Assembly (NCBI GenBank): GCA_027064425.1 | Contig: JAMOPO010000015.1 | Coordinates: 64,001-128,000 of the forward strand | Direction: 5' to 3' | Length of the DNA stretch: 64,000 nucleotides | From: Methanobacteriota archaeon | GTDB taxonomy: Archaea > JAADCQ01 > Methanopyri > Methanopyrales > Methanopyraceae | Shown here: piece by piece, positions 1 through 9,873 of the stretch | Layout: the number at the start of each line of letters is the position of its first letter | How positions within the stretch are numbered: the stretch's first letter is position 1 | Program-made: the position numbers and the translations under genes | The notes under the pieces: generated by a model | What the model saw: the letters and a program-made list of their open reading frames with translations, nothing else | Databases searched by the model: none | Told to the model about the DNA's origin: nothing

Positions 1-1
1 C

Positions 2-805
2 CTGGAGCCCAAGATCGGGCACGGGTCAGCGGACCTAAGGGACGTGTTCGAGCGCGGTGAGGAGGTCCCCCTGGCGAACGACACCTCGTTCGGCGTGGGC
101 TTTGCCCCGCTCACGACGACGGAGAAGCTGGTCTACGAGACGGAGCGGTTCATCAACTCGGACCGGCTCAAGAAGGACCTGCCCGAGGTCGGCGAGGACG
201 TGAAGGTGATGGGCCTCCGCGAGGGGGACAGGATCGAGCTCACCATCGCCGCGGCGATGATTTCGCGGCTGATCGACGACCTCGACCACTACATCTCCGT
301 GGTTGAGGAGCTGCAGGACAGGGTGAAGGACCTCGTCGCCGAGATCGCCCCGGACGCGGACGTCGCGGTGCACATCAACACGGCGGACGACTACGAGCGG
401 GAGTCGGTGTACCTGACGGTCACCGGCACGTCCGCCGAGCAGGGAGACGACGGGTCCGTGGGCCGGGGCAACCGGGTGAACGGGCTGATCACCCCGTGCC
501 GGCCCATGAGCATGGAGGCGGCGGCCGGGAAGAACCCGGTCAACCATGTCGGGAAGCTGTACAACGTGCTGGCGCGCCGGATGGCCAAGCGGATCTACGA
601 GGAGACCTCCGCGGACGAGGTGTACGTGCGCCTGCTGAGCCAGATCGGGCACCCGATCAACGACCCGAAGGCCGTAGACATCCAGCTGGTCGGCGACGTA
701 GGGCGCGAGGACGTGGATCGAGCGGAGAAGATCGCGGACGAGATGCTCGAGGGCATCACCGAGCTCACCGAGGAGTTCGTGCGCGGTGAGATCGAGGTGT
801 TCTAA
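2..805 (+). CDS. mat: Archaeal S-adenosylmethionine synthetase (5'-truncated by window)
   Basis: Frame open from window start; motifs [54 protein letters not shown]. Confidence 0.95.
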   Translation: MEPKIGHGSADLRDVFERGEEVPLANDTSFGVGFAPLTTTEKLVYETERFINSDRLKKDLPEVGEDVKVMGLREGDRIELTIAAAMISRLIDDLDHYISVVEELQDRVKDLVAEIAPDADVAVHINTADDYERESVYLTVTGTSAEQGDDGSVGRGNRVNGLITPCRPMSMEAAAGKNPVNHVGKLYNVLARRMAKRIYEETSADEVYVRLLSQIGHPINDPKAVDIQLVGDVGREDVDRAEKIADEMLEGITELTEEFVRGEIEVF

Positions 806-2166
806 AGCCGGTGGTGCGGCCCGTCCGCCGGCTCGAACCCGCCGATCGTCCGCCCCCGCTCAATCTCCCCAACCAGGTTGGTCCGCATCATCCGCTCCAC
901 TTCCTCCAGGTCGTCCGTCTCGTTGAGCACGTACATCAGCTTAACGTAGGCCACCTCCGGCAGCATGTCCTCACCCGGAATCACGCCCGCCGCCCGGAGC
1001 AGCCGCCCCGTCCGGTACACGTTCATGTTGACGCGGCCGTACAGGCACTGCGAGGTCATCACCACCGCTACGCCCTCGTCCACCGCCCGCTCGATGGAGT
1101 CCAGCCACCGCTCCGACACGTGACCCAGCCCCGTACCCTCCAGCACGATCCCTCGGTATCCCTTGTCCACGTAGAAGTCCAGGACCTCGGGATCCATGCC
1201 CGGGGCGAACTTCACCAGCGCGACCCGCTCCTCGAACCCTCCCGACAGCTCCGGTTCACCGTCCTCCGGCTCCCGGTAATCCTCACGCAGGTACTCGACG
1301 CTCGGGTTGCGGAGGTCCCGCACGTCCACCTTAGCGATCGGCAGCGACTCGATCGAGCGGAACGCGTCCCGGCGCGAGGTGTGCATCTTGCGCACCCGGA
1401 CGCCGCGGTGCACCAGACAGACCTCGTCCGCCGTCCACCCGTGCATGCAGACGGTGACCTCGCCCACCTTGCCCTCGCCCGCGAACTTGCACGCGGCGAT
1501 CAGGTTCGACGCCGCGTCCGAGGAGGGCCGGTCCGAGCTCCGCTGCGCCCCCACCAGAACCACCGGCCCGGGCAGCCCGTCCAGGAGGAACGACAGCGCC
1601 GCCGCGGTGAACGCCATCGTGTCCGTACCGTGCGCGACCACGACCCCGTCCACGTCCGGGTCCGAGAGCGCGTCCGCCACCTCCTCCGCGATCTTGACCC
1701 AGTGCTTCGGCTCCATGTTCTCGCTCAGCAGGTCCATGACGGCCCGCACGTCCGCGATGTTAACCACGTCCGGCAGCTCCGGCACCGCGCTCACCAGCTC
1801 CTCCGCCGTGAACGCCGGCTTCACGGCTCCCGTCTCGTAGTCCACGCGGCACGCGATCGTACCGCCCGTCGACATCACGGCCACGTTGGGCAGGGACGGG
1901 TCCTCCGGAATCTCCCCCTCCAGCGGGCGGAACTCCGGCTCTCGCCGCTCCCCGACCGGCTCCAGCCGCTCGATGCGGTCCACTCGCACGCCCACGTTGT
2001 ACCCGTTGTCCATCTTGATGACCAGGTGGCGGTCGTCGCCCAGCTCGGATCTCGGCATGATGATACCCTCGATTTCCACCCCGTCGTCACGCACTATCCT
2101 GACCCTGTCCCCCACCTCCACGCCGTGCTCCTCCAGGAACCTCCGAGCCTCGCCCTTGTACTCCAT
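802..2166 (-). CDS. gatD: Glu-tRNA(Gln) amidotransferase subunit D
   Basis: N-terminal KMDNGYNVG domain, asparaginase motifs [34 protein letters not shown]. Confidence 0.95.
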   Translation of the reverse strand: MEYKGEARRFLEEHGVEVGDRVRIVRDDGVEIEGIIMPRSELGDDRHLVIKMDNGYNVGVRVDRIERLEPVGERREPEFRPLEGEIPEDPSLPNVAVMSTGGTIACRVDYETGAVKPAFTAEELVSAVPELPDVVNIADVRAVMDLLSENMEPKHWVKIAEEVADALSDPDVDGVVVAHGTDTMAFTAAALSFLLDGLPGPVVLVGAQRSSDRPSSDAASNLIAACKFAGEGKVGEVTVCMHGWTADEVCLVHRGVRVRKMHTSRRDAFRSIESLPIAKVDVRDLRNPSVEYLREDYREPEDGEPELSGGFEERVALVKFAPGMDPEVLDFYVDKGYRGIVLEGTGLGHVSERWLDSIERAVDEGVAVVMTSQCLYGRVNMNVYRTGRLLRAAGVIPGEDMLPEVAYVKLMYVLNETDDLEEVERMMRTNLVGEIERGRTIGGFEPADGPHHRL

Positions 2167-2192
2167 TCCCGAGCCCCCCCGGGGGGTCGACG

Positions 2193-2798
2193 TTGAGGGT
2201 GGCGGTCGTGGAGTACGGGGTTGGGAACCTCAACAGCGTCTGCCGGGCCGTCCAGGAGGTGGGGGGCGACCCCGAGCTGACCCGGGATCCCCGGGATATA
2301 AGGGAAGTTGACGCCGTGATCCTGCCCGGGGTCGGGCACTTCGGCGCGGCCGCCAGGGAGCTGGAAGAGACCGGCCTCAAGGACGAGCTCCTGGACGTGG
2401 TCGGCTCCATCCCCGTGCTGGGCATCTGCCTCGGGATGCAGCTGCTCATGGAGTCCAGCGAGGAGGACCCGTCCGTCGAGGGGCTAGGTGTCTTCCGGGG
2501 CACGTGCGTGGAGCTGCCGGAGGGCGTCAAGCGGCCTCACATGGGGTGGAACGAGGTCAGGTTCCGCGCGGAGGAGTTCTCAGAGTTCGACGGTTCCATG
2601 TTCTACTTCGCCCACTCCTACCGGGTCGCCCCGGAGGACGACCGGGTGGTTCTCGCGGTGACCGAGTACGGGGAGGAGTTTCCCAGCATGATCGGGGACG
2701 TTGGCAAGCTGGTGTACGGGGTCCAGTTTCATCCTGAAAAGAGCGGGCCAATAGGGTTAAAGCTGCTGGAGCGGGTGCTATGGGGGGCAGATCGATGA
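2193..2798 (+). CDS. hisH: Imidazole glycerol phosphate synthase glutaminase subunit
   Basis: YGVGNL, LPGVGHF, GICLGMQ, PHMGWN, QFHPEKS. Confidence 0.95.
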   Translation: MRVAVVEYGVGNLNSVCRAVQEVGGDPELTRDPRDIREVDAVILPGVGHFGAAARELEETGLKDELLDVVGSIPVLGICLGMQLLMESSEEDPSVEGLGVFRGTCVELPEGVKRPHMGWNEVRFRAEEFSEFDGSMFYFAHSYRVAPEDDRVVLAVTEYGEEFPSMIGDVGKLVYGVQFHPEKSGPIGLKLLERVLWGADR

Positions 2799-3295
2799 GG
2801 CTGGTTAGGGAGGAAATTTTCGGTAGAGTGGAGGAGTCGCTGAAGAACCTTGATGAGGCCCGAGCCACGCTGGGAGACGAGATCAAACTGTCCGCCGTTC
2901 GGTACATGCTCGCATCAATGGTGCTAACGCTGGGCCGTGGCGCCGGATCAACGTTTTATCGGGCCGGCTTCGATATCGGCGTCTACAAGGCTGAAGGTGA
3001 GGGTGTGGAAGGGCTGGAAGAAGCGCTCGAGTACATCAAGGAGAAGTTCATGGATACCAAGTTAGGAGTAATCGAGAAGGCTGAGGCTAAGGACGATGAC
3101 AGTGTCGAGATCGTAATGAAAGAGTCCGCCACCGCGGCCGGCTACTCCGTGGACGAGAAGCTCTGCTACTTCCAGGCCGGCTTCATGGCGGGTGTGCTAA
3201 GGGCGGCGACCGGAGACCGGTGGGAGGTGAGGGAGGTCGAGTGCGTGGCCGAAGGACACGACGCGTGCAGGTTCATCGCTCAGCGGAGGGGGTAA
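2795..3295 (+). CDS. V4R (4-vinyl reductase-like) small-ligand-binding protein
   Basis: [11 protein letters not shown]...[16 protein letters not shown] pattern; ATG overlaps hisH stop. Confidence 0.8.
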   Translation: MRLVREEIFGRVEESLKNLDEARATLGDEIKLSAVRYMLASMVLTLGRGAGSTFYRAGFDIGVYKAEGEGVEGLEEALEYIKEKFMDTKLGVIEKAEAKDDDSVEIVMKESATAAGYSVDEKLCYFQAGFMAGVLRAATGDRWEVREVECVAEGHDACRFIAQRRG

Positions 3296-3296
3296 C

Positions 3297-3923
3297 GTGG
3301 AGCGGGTCGTCGTGCACGGCACCCTGGTCGACGTCTTCGGGGTGGGCGTCTTACTGGTGGGGCCTCGGGGCGTCGGGAAGAGCGAAACGTCCCTCGAGCT
3401 GATACGGCGCGGCCACCGGCTGGTCTCCGACGACGCGGTGATCGTGGAGTACGACGAGCACCATGAGTACCCGATCGGGAGGCCGCCCAAGAACCTGGCA
3501 GGCAAGGTCGAGATCCGTCTGGCGCTGGCGGAGCTGTACTGCCCGGAGTGCGGGCGGGTTTACTCCTTCTCCGCGGTCCGGATGAAGAAAGGGTGCGAGT
3601 GCGGCGGTGAGGTCAAGCTCCGGCCGATTCAGGACAAGATCGACGTGGACGTGGCGGAGCTGTACGGTGTCCGGGCGCTGCGCAGCCGAAAGGGGATCGG
3701 CGTCGTGATCAAGATGATTCCCGGGCCGCATCACCCGCACCACGATCCGTCGATGAAGCCGGACGACGCCGTGTCCTCGACGCCGGAGGAGGAGCGGAAA
3801 GTAATCGAGTGGGTGAAGGAGCGGGGAGGCAAGGTCTTCCACCTGGACGTCGTCCCGGGCCGGGATTTGGCAACCCTCATAGAAACGATCGCACTTCAGG
3901 AGAGCCTGCGGCGGAGGAGGTGA
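3297..3923 (+). CDS. HPr kinase/phosphorylase-like P-loop protein (catalytic domain only) with Zn-ribbon insertion
   Basis: [40 protein letters not shown]; CPECG...CECGG insert; C-terminal [12 protein letters not shown]. Confidence 0.85.
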   Translation: MERVVVHGTLVDVFGVGVLLVGPRGVGKSETSLELIRRGHRLVSDDAVIVEYDEHHEYPIGRPPKNLAGKVEIRLALAELYCPECGRVYSFSAVRMKKGCECGGEVKLRPIQDKIDVDVAELYGVRALRSRKGIGVVIKMIPGPHHPHHDPSMKPDDAVSSTPEEERKVIEWVKERGGKVFHLDVVPGRDLATLIETIALQESLRRRR

Positions 3924-3927
3924 ACCG

Positions 3928-4287
3928 TTGGCGGTCACGATCCCGGACTGGCTGGGCGCGGCCCTCCTGTTGTCGTTCAGCGACGAGCTGCACACCCGGC
4001 TCGTCTGGGGCCCGCTCCGGAACCACTACCTACTCCTCGGCGCTTACCTCCGGGTCCGCCATTCGCCACTGTTCGTCTGGTTCGTTCACGAGTCCCTCGA
4101 GCTGATCTTCCACGCGATCATCCTGTCGCTGGTCCTTCCCGTCACCATGGCTTTGACGGCCGCCCTACTCCACTTCTCGCTCGACCTGGTGCACGAGGCC
4201 CTCCTCGGAACGCTCAGGAACCCTTACCTCCACAGGGCCTTCCATCTCGGAACGGAATCGGCCGTGCTCTACTGCGTGTGGGGGTAG
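3928..4287 (+). CDS. Small hydrophobic membrane protein, His-rich
   Basis: Hydrophobic ORF in operon spacing; HESLE, LLHFSLD segments. Confidence 0.6.
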   Translation: MAVTIPDWLGAALLLSFSDELHTRLVWGPLRNHYLLLGAYLRVRHSPLFVWFVHESLELIFHAIILSLVLPVTMALTAALLHFSLDLVHEALLGTLRNPYLHRAFHLGTESAVLYCVWG

Positions 4288-4293
4288 CCCGGA

Positions 4294-4572
4294 TTGCGCG
4301 TGCTCCGCGACCTCATCGGCAAGCCCGTGATCGACTCCTCCGCCCGGAACATTGGGGACGTCGTGGACGTGGAGATCGACGAGGAGTCGGGCCAGGTCAG
4401 CGCGATCCTGGTGGGCCACTCCAAGCGCCCCGGCGTGTTGCGCAGGGTCAAGTGGCTCGGAGGCAGGGAGAAGCTGATCAGGATCCCGTACTCCCGCATC
4501 ATTGCCATTGAGGACGCGGTGCTGGTTGAAGGGGAGTGGGATCGGGAGAAGAGCGCGGAGGAGGAGTCATGA
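4294..4572 (+). CDS. PRC-barrel domain protein
   Basis: LIGKPVIDSSARNIGDVVDVEID...IPYSRIIAIEDAVLV. Confidence 0.85.
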   Translation: MRVLRDLIGKPVIDSSARNIGDVVDVEIDEESGQVSAILVGHSKRPGVLRRVKWLGGREKLIRIPYSRIIAIEDAVLVEGEWDREKSAEEES

Positions 4573-5213
4573 GGGTCAGGGAGGTCGACATCATCCAGGC
4601 GCTGCGGGATCGAGCCGAGGACCCGCTCGAGTTCCCAGTCGTGAGCGGGGTTCCGGTGGACCTCTACGACCGCGCGGAGAAGCACGCCTACCTGGCCGCC
4701 GTCCCGGAAACGTTGGAGCGGAAGCTCGGGAGAGCGGCGCTCCTCCTGGGCCGGGTCCCGAGGGTCTCGCTGGCCGTCCCCTCCCGAGAGGTGGACGAGG
4801 TGAGGTTGGCCGCGGAGGAGATGGGAATTGGGCTCCTCTCCTACCGGAACGGGGAGCTCGAGACCGTGGTGGAGCCGGAGGAGCGGGACGTTGACCCGGA
4901 GGTGGAGGCGCCGTGGGAGCGAGCCGAAGAGCTCGCAGAGCTGCTGAAGGCCGTGTCGGACGAGCGCCGACTCACGGCTCTGAGGCTGCTCGAGCACGGT
5001 GAGGAGTGCCTGTGTAAGATCGCCGAGGCGCTGGGGGAGAGCGAGCCTTCCACGGTGTACCACCTGAACCAGCTCCTCGAGGCCGGCCTCCTCGAGAAGC
5101 GGTCCGAGGGCGGGAAGACGTTCTACCGGCTCACGGAGCGCGGGCGCATCGTGGTTCAGGTCCTCAAAAGGCTTGAAGACCGGCTGAGACCAGGCTCGAG
5201 GCCAGGTGAGTGA
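4569..5213 (+). CDS. ArsR-family HTH regulator with extra N-terminal domain
   Basis: C-terminal KAVSDERRL...CLCKIAEALGESEPSTVYHLNQLLEAGLL...FYRLT; ATG overlaps upstream stop. Confidence 0.75.
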   Translation: MRVREVDIIQALRDRAEDPLEFPVVSGVPVDLYDRAEKHAYLAAVPETLERKLGRAALLLGRVPRVSLAVPSREVDEVRLAAEEMGIGLLSYRNGELETVVEPEERDVDPEVEAPWERAEELAELLKAVSDERRLTALRLLEHGEECLCKIAEALGESEPSTVYHLNQLLEAGLLEKRSEGGKTFYRLTERGRIVVQVLKRLEDRLRPGSRPGE

Positions 5214-6078
5214 TCACCGGCGCCAGGATCGCGACCACCCACACCGCGCCCGCCGCGTCCATGACCTCCTCCCACCCCGGTAACGAGCTCCCTCCCCGGA
5301 GCACGTACTCGCCCGGCTTCTCCAACCTCACCCGCAGCGCGCACGCGCCCACGTACATCGGCAGCCAGGAGCACGGGCTCTCCACCTCCCTCACCGCCGC
5401 CCGCACCCCGGAGATCGACGCGGACGCCACCCACCAGGGCAGCGCCACCGTCAGCACCAGGGCACAGCACGGCAGCGCGGCCAGGTTCATCGCGTCGTCC
5501 ATCCTCGCCGGCACCTTACCGAACGCCTCAAGCTTGCCCTCCCGATAGCCGAACATCGCGTCCGCGATGTTAACGGCTCGGTAGACCGGAACCGCCCACC
5601 ACCCGGCCACGTGGAACCACCAGAGCGGTCCGACCAGCGAGTCCAGGAGGTTCTCATAGCAGCTCTCCACCGCGGCCGACGCCACCCTACCCTCATCCAG
5701 CCGGCTAACGTCCCGGCTCACCAGGAGCCGGACTCGCTCCCGCGCCCCCTCGAGATCCCCTCGACGGAGCCGCTCGCCGACCTGAACAACGTGCTCCACG
5801 AGGCCCCTCGCTGAGAGACAGACCCAGAGCACCAGCGCGTCCCCGACCGCCGGGATCAGGTGCAGCAGCGCGCAGACGCCCGTCAGCACCGCGATCCCGG
5901 CCGCCAGCGTCACCCCACCGCCGAGGACCAGGCCGAGCCTGGACTCACCTCGCAACAGCCGCCCGGCGACGATCTCCATCACACGACCGGCCCAGGCGAC
6001 GGGGTGAAAGGGGTCGGGCGGATCCCCGACCAAGAGATCAAGAGCCACCGCCAGGTACGTCGTCAGCAGCGGATCCAT
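5164..6078 (-). CDS. cbiB: Adenosylcobinamide-phosphate synthase CbiB/CobD
   Basis: DLLVGDP..HPVAWAG, LVSRD, AVESCYEN, YRAVNIADAMFGYR, ARMDD. Confidence 0.9.
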   Translation of the reverse strand: MDPLLTTYLAVALDLLVGDPPDPFHPVAWAGRVMEIVAGRLLRGESRLGLVLGGGVTLAAGIAVLTGVCALLHLIPAVGDALVLWVCLSARGLVEHVVQVGERLRRGDLEGARERVRLLVSRDVSRLDEGRVASAAVESCYENLLDSLVGPLWWFHVAGWWAVPVYRAVNIADAMFGYREGKLEAFGKVPARMDDAMNLAALPCCALVLTVALPWWVASASISGVRAAVREVESPCSWLPMYVGACALRVRLEKPGEYVLRGGSSLPGWEEVMDAAGAVWVVAILAPVITHLASSLVSAGLQAF

Positions 6079-7129
6079 TACGCAGCCCCCGCAGGGCCCG
6101 AAGCACCCCCCTGTCCGCCGGGATCTCGTCCAGCCGGTACCCCTGAGCCCCCTGAAGCGCCGCCGCCACCTCCGCCGGGTTGAGCACCACCCACCGCTTG
6201 AACCGGGCCGCCTCGTCGACGGGGACCCTCGGACACCCACAGTAGATGCACTGATCGCACCGGAGCGACCGCAGGACGTCCTCGGTAAGGTATCGAACCT
6301 CCCACCGGGCCCCGCCCAGCGCCTTGAGAACGTCCTCCCGGCGCTGACCGATGCAGGTGCTTCCCACCACCTCGACGTCCTCCTCAGGGTCGAACTCCCG
6401 GATCTTGGAGAGCCGGACGGCGAGGACGCGTCTCACGGACTCCTCCAGCGACTCGGGGTCGATGACGCCCCGAGTCGGATCGATCTGCACCACGGGCTGA
6501 CCCGTTCTCAGCCTCGCTCCCAGCGGGTGGAACCGGCCGCTGCACACGATCACCACGGGCCGGTTCTCCAGGCAGGAGAAGTTGCAGCCCAGGACCAGCC
6601 CGGGCTCCGGGACACGCCCCGGGTCCCCGCGACCGACGTGGGCGCGGATCCCTTCCCGCTCGAGCAGCCTCGCCACCCGGTCCAGCTCGTGCACGTGCTG
6701 TGCCGTGGCGCAGAGGTCGACCTCCTCCACCCCGGCAGACCTCAGGATCTCCGCCGCCTCCTCGACCATCCACTCCTCGACCGCCTTCCTCCCACGGGTG
6801 GGTAAGAAGATAGGCCGAACGCCGAGCCTGCGGAGCTCCTCCTCCACCTCTGGGATCGGGTAGTGACCTAGGTGGAGGAGGTAATCCGCCCCGGCGGCCA
6901 TGCCCGGCGTGACGTCGCAGGCTCCGAACACCCGACCCGCGTCCAGGACGACCTCGCACCCTTTTCCCTCGAGGATGTCGGCGACCTCCCGGGCGATCCC
7001 CTTCAGACCGTCGGGGGCCTGCACCAGGACGCGGCCTGACACCTCGAGATCCTCAACCACCCTCGGCACGTCCTCCTCGTCATACGGGCCGTCAGCGGAG
7101 GTGCATCTCCTCATCGGGATCACCTGCAC
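6038..7129 (-). CDS. dph2: Diphthamide biosynthesis enzyme Dph2
   Basis: VQAPDGLK, FGACD, HLGH, VLGCN, GRFHP, GCPRV; three Fe-S cysteines; start uncertain (7129 or 7114). Confidence 0.85.
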   Translation of the reverse strand: MQVIPMRRCTSADGPYDEEDVPRVVEDLEVSGRVLVQAPDGLKGIAREVADILEGKGCEVVLDAGRVFGACDVTPGMAAGADYLLHLGHYPIPEVEEELRRLGVRPIFLPTRGRKAVEEWMVEEAAEILRSAGVEEVDLCATAQHVHELDRVARLLEREGIRAHVGRGDPGRVPEPGLVLGCNFSCLENRPVVIVCSGRFHPLGARLRTGQPVVQIDPTRGVIDPESLEESVRRVLAVRLSKIREFDPEEDVEVVGSTCIGQRREDVLKALGGARWEVRYLTEDVLRSLRCDQCIYCGCPRVPVDEAARFKRWVVLNPAEVAAALQGAQGYRLDEIPADRGVLRALRGLRNGSAADDVPGGGS

Positions 7130-7152
7130 GGGAGTGCGGAGGTGGGCGCTAA

Positions 7153-7524
7153 ATGCCTGACACTTACGCCCTCGGGCTCGGGATGAGGAGGCGGGTCGAC
7201 CCGGGCGACCTAGAGGCGGCCATCGAGTGGGGGCTGGACCGGTCGGGCGGGAGGCTCCGTGAGGTGATCACGCTGCGGCGGAAGGCCGAGCAGCCTTCGG
7301 GTCGAGAGCTCGTGAGGCTGGCCCGCGAGCGGGGTCTCAAGCCGGTCTTCGTCCGCGATCGGGAGCTGTCCGCCACCCCCAGCCGCTCGAGGGCGGAGGA
7401 TCTCCTGGGACTTCCCGGGTCCGTCTGCGAGGGCGTGCTGCTGGCCCGCGGCTACGAGCTGGTCGAGAGGAAGCGGCGCTTCGGACGGACCGTCACCGCC
7501 GCGCTGGGCAGACTCCGGGGGTGA
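7153..7524 (+). CDS. CbiG C-terminal-domain protein (cobalamin biosynthesis)
   Basis: LGLGMRR...SVCEGVLL...KRRFGRTVTAAL resembles the CbiG C-terminal domain. Confidence 0.65.
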   Translation: MPDTYALGLGMRRRVDPGDLEAAIEWGLDRSGGRLREVITLRRKAEQPSGRELVRLARERGLKPVFVRDRELSATPSRSRAEDLLGLPGSVCEGVLLARGYELVERKRRFGRTVTAALGRLRG

Positions 7525-8048
7525 GCGCTGTGACCAAGGTGATCGCCGTGGTCGGCGGTCGCGGGGACGGGTTCACCCGGCTGGCCCGCGTCCTAACCCG
7601 GGCCCTGGAGCTCTCAGGCAAGCGGGTTGAGACTCTAATGATGCCCCAATCGACCGGTGGGGTTGGTCGCAAGTGGTTAACGGCGTACCGGTGGGGTGAC
7701 GCGGACGTGGTCGTCGCCACCACGGACCGGTGCTCCCAGGTGGACGCCGCGCTGACCGTCAGCCGTTACGGGGCCGCCGTCAACGCTCCCCGCGCGGTTT
7801 ACGACGCCTCCCACCCCTCCTTCGCGGGCTTTAAGCCCCCGGACGGGTGGATCGGGCTGGACTGCCGCCGCATCGTCAGGGAACGCAGGGTTCCGGCCAT
7901 GCACGGGCTCATACTGCTGGGGGCCCTGTGCCGGGTGGAGAACCTGTGCCCGCTCGACGTGTTGAGGGAGGCGCTGGTGAAAGAGGAGGGAAGGCTGGGG
8001 ACGCTCGCCTTCCAGGCCGTGCGGGCGGGCTGGGAGGAGGCCGACTAG
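7521..8048 (+). CDS. Divergent 2-oxoacid:ferredoxin oxidoreductase gamma-subunit-like protein
   Basis: VGGRGDG N-terminal loop, ILLGAL, AVRAGWE C-terminus. Confidence 0.5.
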   Translation: MSAVTKVIAVVGGRGDGFTRLARVLTRALELSGKRVETLMMPQSTGGVGRKWLTAYRWGDADVVVATTDRCSQVDAALTVSRYGAAVNAPRAVYDASHPSFAGFKPPDGWIGLDCRRIVRERRVPAMHGLILLGALCRVENLCPLDVLREALVKEEGRLGTLAFQAVRAGWEEAD

Positions 8049-8989
8049 AGTCGCTCCTTCACCTCCTCCGCGATGACCCTCGACAGCGCGGGTGGGACGG
8101 ACTCGCCCACCTGGTCGTACTGGGCCTCGTACCCACCCTCGAACACGTGATCGTCCGGGTAGCTCATCAGCCGGGCCTGCTCGCGCACGGTCAGCAGTCG
8201 GTCCTCGAACGGGTGGATGAACCTCGAGCCGCCCATCACGGTGGGCGCGGGCTTCCACGGGTGCAACCGCAGCCAGTTCTTGAACTCACCCTTCGCCCCC
8301 TTGATGACGTTCAGCGCCTGACCCCACCGCAGCCTCCTGATCCTACGCAGCTTCCGACGTGAGAGCGGCCGGCGCTCGTGGTTCGGGATGTCCGAACCGT
8401 CGGGCTCCGGGAGGTCACCGATCGCGTCCCAGACGGTCTTGGGCCGGTCCACCGTGGGCTCCGGCTCGATCTTCACGTTGGAGATGAAGACGCGCCGTCG
8501 GTAGGATGGGACCCCGTAGTCGACGGCCTGAAGGACGTTGAAGTACACCTCGTCGTACCCGACCCGCCTGAACTCCTTCCGCAGCGCCTTCTCCAGCGGC
8601 CCCTCGAGAATCGCCGGCACGTTCTCCATCACGAACACCTCGGGCTGCAGGTCCCCCACCAGCCGGATGAAGTGCAGGACCAGGCGGCCCGTGGGGTCGT
8701 CGTAGAGCCGGTCCAGCGGGTTGGGCCTGCGCTCCGCGTTGGCGGCCGTGAACGGCTCGCACGGCGGCCCCCCGATCACCACGTCCGGGTCTCCCAGCTC
8801 GCTCAGGATGTCCTCCGCGTCCACCCGCTTGATGTCCTCCTCCAGCACCTTCACCCCGAAGTTGTTCCGGTACGTGGCCGCGGGAGCCGGGTGGTTGTCC
8901 ACGCCGCCCAGGATCTTGAAGCCGGCCTCGCGGAAGCCCAGCGAGAACCCGCCGGCCCCGCAGAACAGGTCCACCACCTTCGGCTTCAT
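8045..8989 (-). CDS. DNA (cytosine-5) methyltransferase, orphan
   Basis: Motif I DLFCGAGG, IV GGPPCEPF, VI MENV, VIII YRRRVF, IX-X LTVREQARL/QVGESVPP. Confidence 0.92.
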   Translation of the reverse strand: MKPKVVDLFCGAGGFSLGFREAGFKILGGVDNHPAPAATYRNNFGVKVLEEDIKRVDAEDILSELGDPDVVIGGPPCEPFTAANAERRPNPLDRLYDDPTGRLVLHFIRLVGDLQPEVFVMENVPAILEGPLEKALRKEFRRVGYDEVYFNVLQAVDYGVPSYRRRVFISNVKIEPEPTVDRPKTVWDAIGDLPEPDGSDIPNHERRPLSRRKLRRIRRLRWGQALNVIKGAKGEFKNWLRLHPWKPAPTVMGGSRFIHPFEDRLLTVREQARLMSYPDDHVFEGGYEAQYDQVGESVPPALSRVIAEEVKERL

Positions 8990-9114
8990 GGCCCGGCCCC
9001 CGTGGAGTTCACTTCAACACCCTCGGCGGGATTCCCGGGCTTTTAATCGGGTCGCAGGGGGCGAGCGGTACGGCGATACGAATCGCACGATCATGGTGTT
9101 CAGGGGATCCGGGG

Positions 9115-9873
9115 TTGGACGCCCGGGCCGGCCTCGCCGTGGGCCTCATAGCGGCCCTGATCGTCGGCGCGGCGGTCGGGCACTATTACACCTCATCCCA
9201 GCAGCTGACCGTTTTCGCGGCCGCGAGCCTGAAGAAGCCGCTGACCGAGCTGGCCAGGCGGTACGAGAAGGAGAGGGGAGTCAAGGTCGCGCTCAACTTC
9301 GGCCCGTCCGGCGGTCTCACGGCACAGATAATGCAGGGGCAGAGGTGCGACCTGTTCTTCTCCGCGGACTGGAGGTACATCGTCAAGCTGCGGAAGGCCG
9401 GCAAGGCCGCGAGGACGAGGAAGTTCCTGAGGGATTACCTTGTGCTGGTCGTCTCCGAGACGGGCCGACGGAAGCGCATCGAGGACGTCAGGGACCTCAC
9501 AAGGCCGGGCGTGACGGTCGCCGTCGCCGACCCGAAGGCGCCAGTCGGCGAGTACGCTCAGCGCGCGCTGCAGCGGCTCGGGATCTGGGACACGATCGTC
9601 AAGAACGGGAACCTGAAGGCTCGGCCGGGTACCGTCAATCAGGTGGCCACGATGGTGAAGAAGGACCAGGTGGACGCCGGATTCGTCTATCGGAGCGTGG
9701 CCGTCGGATTCGGGCTGCCGATCGTGCAGACGCTCCCGCACTCGCTGACGGGCCCGATCGTCTGGGGAGCGGCGGTGATCAGGGGAGGCAACGAGCGGCT
9801 GGCCGAGGACTTCCTGAGCTACTGCCTGCAGCACATCGACGAGTTCGAAAAGTACGGGTGGGAACCGGCTTGA
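9115..9873 (+). CDS. modA: Molybdate/tungstate ABC transporter substrate-binding protein
   Basis: N-terminal anchor, FAAASL, FGPSGGL, DLFFSAD, APVGEYA, DAGFVYRS. Confidence 0.9.
   Translation: MDARAGLAVGLIAALIVGAAVGHYYTSSQQLTVFAAASLKKPLTELARRYEKERGVKVALNFGPSGGLTAQIMQGQRCDLFFSADWRYIVKLRKAGKAARTRKFLRDYLVLVVSETGRRKRIEDVRDLTRPGVTVAVADPKAPVGEYAQRALQRLGIWDTIVKNGNLKARPGTVNQVATMVKKDQVDAGFVYRSVAVGFGLPIVQTLPHSLTGPIVWGAAVIRGGNERLAEDFLSYCLQHIDEFEKYGWEPA

Noticed and set aside
8721-9869. 646-aa ORF suggesting a large N-terminal extension on ModB
   Set aside because: The extension overlaps the methyltransferase and modA; real start is TTG 9870
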